A stretch of DNA of 64,000 nucleotides from NCBI RefSeq assembly GCF_009914755.1, contig NC_060938.1; one strand, given 5' to 3'. A program made the translations under genes and the position numbers. The stretch is from the human T2T-CHM13v2.0 reference genome, Homo sapiens. The notes below the pieces were generated by a model. It was not told where the DNA came from. It ran no database searches and saw nothing but the letters and a program-made list of their open reading frames with translations. Below are positions 1 through 64,000 of the stretch, piece after piece; the stretch's first letter is position 1; each line of letters opens with the position of its first letter.

Positions 1-484
1 AAGTAGCCAAGGTCTGGGGAAAGCCCAGCGTAGACCGAAGTGCTATGGAGGGTCTTTCTCAGACACATTAGCTGGGAAACACTGTCCTAGTTGGTAGGTA
101 CTTCATCAGTTGCACATTCAGGTAACTGCTGAAACTGGTACACCAGAGTAGCTAGGGAGTGAACAAAATTAATTTTTGGGTCACACCAAAATAGTAGTTG
201 AATTACATCTCGGCACAGATTTTAGAACCTTGAGAGAATAACAGTTAAAAAAAATAGTTGGTAGGTATCATAGGAAACAATATTTAAGAACTTACAGTTG
301 AGGTGGAGACCCCGGTAGATGTCTCAGAACACTTGACTCATGCATATGTGTTCTTACAGGCTGTGTCGCCATATAACTTCACTAAGATGCTTTAAGTGAC
401 TTTTCATACTTATATTTGGCCAGCCTTACCTTGTTCTTGGACTTTTTCTGAGGAAGACTCCTAATATTTCAAAAACAGCTATGA

Positions 485-809
<325 letters not shown>

Positions 810-847
810 TAAAGTTATCAATTTATCTGCTGTAGCTACCTGCCAGA

Positions 848-1138
848 CCAGGGTTCAGCAAGCTTTTTCTGTAAAAGGCCAAATAGTAAATATTTTAGGC
901 TTCGTGGACCATATGGTCTCTGCTAACTACTCAATTCTGCCATTGAAGTGCAAAAGCAACCATGTAAATGAATGTACGTGGCTGTGTTTATTTGTGGACA
1001 CTGAAATTTAAATTTCATAATTTTCACATAAAATATTATTCTTTTGATTTTTTTTCCCCAACAATTAAAAAATTTTAAAGCCATGCTTAGCCATGAGCCA
1101 TTCAAAAACAGGCAGCAGGCCATAGTTCGCTAACCCTG
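848..1138 (+). mobile_element. MER58-family (hAT-Charlie) DNA transposon
   Basis: CAGGGTTCAGCAA...CTGTAAAAGGCCAAATAGTAAATATTTTAGGCTT and inverted terminal GCTAACCCTG. Confidence 0.8.
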
Positions 1139-1929
1139 GTGCCAGGCTAGTCTTGGTAAAAGCTGACTACTGATAGACATCTTAGAGACTTGTAATTATA
1201 GCAGAAGATATCTCTCATAGGCAGAGAATTTGCCTTTTAAACAGGTCGATACTGGGCAATTTCAAACATGCTTTTGGTTCCTTAAAAAACCATTTGAGCC
1301 AGGTGTGGTGATACACATCTGTAATCCCAGCTACTCCAGAAGCTGTGGTGGCAGGACTGCTTGAACCTAGGAGTTTGAGACCAGCCTGGGTAACACAGCA
1401 AGAGCCTGTCTTTAAGAGAAAAAAAAAAAAAAAAAAAAGCTATTTGGCTAAATCAGGCCTAGTGTCTTTCCTTTCACCTATAAGCACAGATATGGTAATA
1501 ACTGGAATTTGGAAAATCTACTTTGGAATTTGGAAATACAGTCCCTTCTTCAAAACCAGAAAACAGCGGTATCCCCGTGTTTTGACACACAACATTTAAA
1601 AATCATTCTTGGATCTCACTTACATCCTTACTTATATATCCTTATAGATACAATAGTTAAGTTGTGGATCTGGTGTTTTTTAAAAAAAATAACACAAGTA
1701 ACTGGTCAGTTCTAGCTGAGGCATACTTTAAAACTGAACCCAACCATTGGATCACAAGTGTGTGAATATATATTTCTTCTAGCCTTTCAATTTTAATACC
1801 CGTATTTACTATAGAAAAACACATTTCTTTATGTAGTAATTTCAGAAAACTTTGGATGATTCAAAATGACAAGTACCTGCTAAAGCTCTTAAGTCTGATG
1901 ACTGCATTGAAATAGTCACATGACACAGT

Positions 1930-2746
1930 TCTGTACGCTGCAAACATTTTAATGATTATTGTTGAGCATACATTTTGGAAATTTTTTACTTCAAACGGCA
2001 ACAAGTTAAATAAATGTTTATAATATACAAAGAAAATACAACCGAAAGTAAAACTCGCTGTAAGTGTGCCTTGCACTTAGACCAGGTTTTCCCCCCTTAA
2101 TACATCTTTATTTTTGAGCTGCAAACACACTTAAGACTTTGATCTTCATAGTATGGCATTTAGGAAATAAAAATATACTCCCACCTTAAAGAAATAAAAA
2201 GTTTGGTGCATGATTATATGCCAAACAAAGAGAGAACACTAGAATACTCTTGATAGTGCAGGCATCATTAAAAAGGAAAAGAAAAAGCTTGAGATGCTCA
2301 TTAATTCTCTATGTTTTAAGGAAGCAGGATTTTTGACCAAGTAGCTTAAAAGCCAGCAAAACAGGGATCAGTGACAGCAACTGTAGTGTATGGAGTATGA
2401 AATGACAAACTTTACACAAATACACTGTTAGAAATTTACCAGTGAACACTGAAGATCTGAGAAGCTGCTCTTTGGAACAGTCAAGTGGGACCACCTTATT
2501 CCAGTCACATAAGCCCTTGTAAAGTAACACAGTGTTCTGTGCTATATACTTGCTGGCTGGGTAGTTACAGGATTTGTTTTGTCATTAGCAGCTAAAAAAC
2601 TTATTCCACATGTTCTTAAAGCCTTAATGGTGGAAAAAAAGGCAAGTGTCATTAGCATGGTGGATCATATACTTCTCTGCACACAAACACAAGAGGCTTC
2701 ACTAGTATTTTTAAAGTCTCTGATGTCTCCCATTGCACTTCAAAGC
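1930..2746 (-). other. HECTD1: HECTD1 3'UTR (3' end approximate)
   Basis: Repeat-free AT-rich stretch after TGA; minus-strand AATAAA at 2107-2112 and ATTAAA at 1948-1953 followed by a GU-rich tract. Confidence 0.75.
1948..1953 (-). terminator. Candidate poly(A) signal ATTAAA (alternatives: AATAAA 2107-2112, ATTAAA 1792-1797)
   Basis: Hexamer with downstream CTGTGTCATGTG GU-rich element. Confidence 0.55.
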
Positions 2747-59140
<56,394 letters not shown>

Positions 59141-59994
59141 CTTGAAAAGTAAAAATAGAATTATATGAAGCCAAATGAAGTTAAAATAAATCAAAATGCA
59201 TGCATTAATGAACAGTAAAATATCCAATGTTACATTTTATACACTCTGCTAAAAAAATACACTTAATAAAAAAATACAAAAAATTGGGACTCAGCACTAT
59301 ATGTTCATTTTTGAAATAATTCCATTTATTTTCTATTATAAATATATTGAGCTCACCAAAAATGACTTATAATTTTCTTAAATGCACTTTTCTATTCTAT
59401 ATTCTACACTTTACTAGCATGAATGTTAACATGTCATGATAATTTTAGAAAATCAAGTAAAAAGTACTACAACTACTAAGAAAATAAATGGGGCCCAGTG
59501 CAGCGGCTCACGCGTGTAATCCCTGCATTTTGGGAGGCTGAGGGAGGCGGATCGCTTGAGGTCAGGAGTTCAAGACTAGCTTGGCCAACATGGAGAAACC
59601 CCGTCTCTACTAAAAATACAAAAACTAGCTAGACGTGGTGGCAGGCACCTGTAATCTCAGCTACTCAGGAGCCTGAGGCGGAATAATCACTTGAACCTAG
59701 GAGATGGTGCCACTGTACTCCATCCTGGGAGACTGAAGGAGACTCCATCTCAAAACACAAAATAAAATTAAAAAAAGAAAAGAAATGATACAAATTATAC
59801 CTAAAATTTCCTATAATCCAAAATACAATGCTCTAAGAACTTAAGATACTAGGTAATTTATATGAAAAACAAAATTTTGATTTAATTTGTCCTTCATCAA
59901 ATTTAAAATCCACGTTCACTGCAACTATGGACTCATATAAATGAAAATAAGAGATCCTAATAATCCCATGCCCCCAAAATATTCCCATCATTAA

Positions 59995-60333
<339 letters not shown>

Positions 60334-60561
60334 TGATCCGCCTGCCTCTGCCTCCCAGAGTGCTGGGATTACAGGCGTGAGCCACCACGCCCGGCCAAAT
60401 TAACCTCAACTTTATAACATGTAACCTGATCTTTTAAAATAAAAAACACATATTCACATACATTTAAATGATAATAAACTACTAATAAGATGAGGCTTGG
60501 CTGGGTGAGGTGGTTCACACCTGTAATCCCAGCACTTTGGGAGGCTGAGGCAGGTGGATCA

Positions 60562-60813
<252 letters not shown>

Positions 60814-61168
60814 CTATTATGTAAGAGCCAATAATCAATTCATTTAACAAATATTTTCTAAGTATCTAACAATGTTCTAGGCACTAAGCTGCAGATATCA
60901 TTACCCTTGAGGTGAATGATAGAAGGATAAAGAGGCAAAATTTTCAACTGATGTCCTAGAGAGGCATGTGACACAGCTGTATTTCTACAGCATAGGGTCT
61001 CTACATATTTTATAACTCTCTCTAGCTGAAGTTATAACATTATATTTCTTTAATGAAGGAATATGCTTTATTACAAATTCAAGTACAGTACAGAAAATGA
61101 TAGGTGGACAGAGGACAAACTGTTCTAACAGGATTGGTTCTTTCCAGTTTTTGTTTTGTTGTTTTTAA

Positions 61169-61456
<288 letters not shown>

Positions 61457-62460
61457 TGAGCCACCGCACCTGGCCATAATTTTTTTTTTTTTTTTGAGAC
61501 AGGGTCTTGCTCTGTCCCCCAGGCTGGAGTGCGTGGCAGGATTTTGACTCACTGCAACCTCCGACTCCCAGGTTCAAGTGATTCTCGTGCCTCAGCCTCC
61601 CAAATAGCTCGGACTACAGGCTCCTGCCACCGTGCCCAGCTAATTTTTCTATTTTTTGTAGAGACAGGGTTTTACCACGTTGCCCAGGCTGGTCTCGAAA
61701 TCCTGTGCTCAGGAGATCCACCCTACTCGGCCTCCCGAAGTGCTGGGATTACAGCCATGAGTCACTGTGCCTGGCGCCGGTTTTTATTACTGGCCCCAGT
61801 TTTTATTTATATTCCACTGTAAATACCAGAATTTAACTATTAGTTTTATATCATGACTTATTTCAATTAACAATGTATTAGAATGTTTATATGTTATTTA
61901 TCTATCTCTCTCTCATATACTGAGCCATCATGAGCAGTAACCTTTTTATGTACTTTAAAAACATAATTCATTTAACCCACACAACAAAACCTATGAGGTG
62001 GGTTTTATTATCTCAAATTTACAAGTGAAGATACTGAGCGATAGTTAAGTCAGTCTACTAAGATCACCAAGCTAATAAATTACAGAGCCTGTATTCAAAT
62101 TCTATCTCTTAATTAGATGATACATAATACTCACAACATAAAATTTTCCTGTTTAACACTATTATATAAATTTTGAACATTTAGTTTACAGTCTTTTCTA
62201 TTAAAAATAGCACTATTTATTTTTGTGTAAACAGTTTCTTCATATTCCTTCAGTACAGAGGGATTCTTGGATCTAACAGCCTAAACACTTTCATTAAGTA
62301 TTGAATGTGTATGAGTACTGCATTCATATTGGCAAACTGATTCAAAAAAGGTTGTTAACACCTTAAATTATCACTAAATATGAATATCTACAATATTCCT
62401 TTTTACTTAAAAAAAATTCTCATTTTTTAAGTTTCTTAACTGTCTAATAGGTAAAAATGA

Positions 62461-62706
<246 letters not shown>

Positions 62707-64000
62707 TAGTTGCCCAGGCTGGTCTCAAACTCCTGGACTCAAGCAATCCTCCCACCTCAGCCTCCCAAAGTGCTGGGATTACATGCATGAGCTAACACAC
62801 CCAGCTAGGAAATACATTTTTCCATATTAATTTTTTGCCGTGTTTCCTCTTGAACACTGTGCCTTAATTTCATTGACTAATTTACTCAAATGGCTCTGAA
62901 ATTTTTACGATCAATTTGTAAATACCCTTTGTATATAATAAAGACAGTATCCCTTTGTCATATTTGCTAACAAATACCCACCTGCTGGCAAATTTTTTTA
63001 GATTAAAAGTTTCTATTCTGAGACATTTGTGGCTGCAGGTAATATTGTTTCTGTTATGTAGTAGTTTTATGTTTTTTACATAAAATAAATTTAAAAGGAC
63101 ACATTTGGCTAATGCAAATAGGTTTCTAAAGTAAGCCAGGCATAGTGGCTCACGCCTGTAATCCCGCAGTTTGGGAGGTCAAGGCAGGGGAACTGCTTAA
63201 GCCCGGGAGTTCAAGACCAGCCTTGGGCAGCAAAGCAAAACTATCTCTAAAAATAAAAATTAGCTGGACCTGGTGGTGTGTGCCTGCAGTTCTAGCTACT
63301 CAAGAGGCTGAGGCAAGAGGATACACTGTGCCATGGAATTCAAGGTTGCAGTGAGCTGTGATCATACTATGCACTCCAGTCTGGGTGACACAGCAACACC
63401 CCGTCTCAAAAAAAAAGAAAAAAAAAAAGAAAAAAAAGAAAGAAAGAAAGGAAAAAGAAAAACAAAAAGCCAGGCTGGGTGTGGTGGATCACGCCTGTAA
63501 TCCCAGCACTTTGGGAGGCCAAGGCAGGCAGATCACCCGAGATGAGGAGTTCGAGACCAGCCCAGCCAACATGGCAAAACCCCATTTTTACTAAAAACAC
63601 AAAAAAATTAGCCGGGCATGGTGGTGTGTGCCTGTAATCCCAGCTACTCAGGAGCTGAGATGGCGCCACTTCACTCCAGCCTGTGCAACAGAGCAGGACT
63701 CTGTCTCAAAAAAAAAAGAAAAAGAAAAAGCCATTCTTCCTATCAAGGTCTGATAAACATTCAAGTATATTTTCTTTTGCTCAGAGGTTCTGGAGGGGCT
63801 CACACCTGTAATTCCAACACTTTGGGAGGCTGAGAAGGGTGGATCACATGAGGCCAGGAGTTCAAGACCAGCCTGGCCAATATGGTGAAACCCTGTCTCT
63901 ACTAACAAAATACAAAAATTAGCTGGGCATGGTGGTGCATGTCCTTAATCCCAGCTCCTCGGGAGGCTGAGGCACGAGAATCGCTTGAACCTGGGAGTCA

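Overview
Primate (human-like), Alu-dense genomic DNA containing the 3' roughly 80% of the HECT-type E3 ubiquitin ligase gene HECTD1 on the minus strand. I traced 33 coding exons by hand. All have GT-AG boundaries and matching phases, and they total 6211 nt. They run from ...[11 protein letters not shown] to the C-terminus ...[12 protein letters not shown]...EKGFHLN* (stop 2747-2749), followed by the 3'UTR. Exon numbers 11-43 are counted back from the last exon, assuming the recalled 43-exon model. The introns hold about 70 Alus, L1, MaLR, MIR and DNA-transposon fossils, an Alu-interrupted RPL21 processed pseudogene, U6 and U2 retrocopies, an unidentified mRNA-3'-end retrocopy with a perfect 19-bp TSD, and an Alu-derived VNTR. 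The most notable unexplained structure is a set of hidden exon-like units in repeat-poor intron segments. These are in-frame micro/cassette exons (12, 18, 36, 48 nt), several stop-containing poison exon candidates, and an in-frame internal acceptor with a candidate hairpin over the main acceptor of exon 25. They cluster around the MIB/HERC2-domain exons and the exon pair recalled as circHECTD1. These are sequence-based predictions only. Most entries in the ORF track are Alu artefacts.
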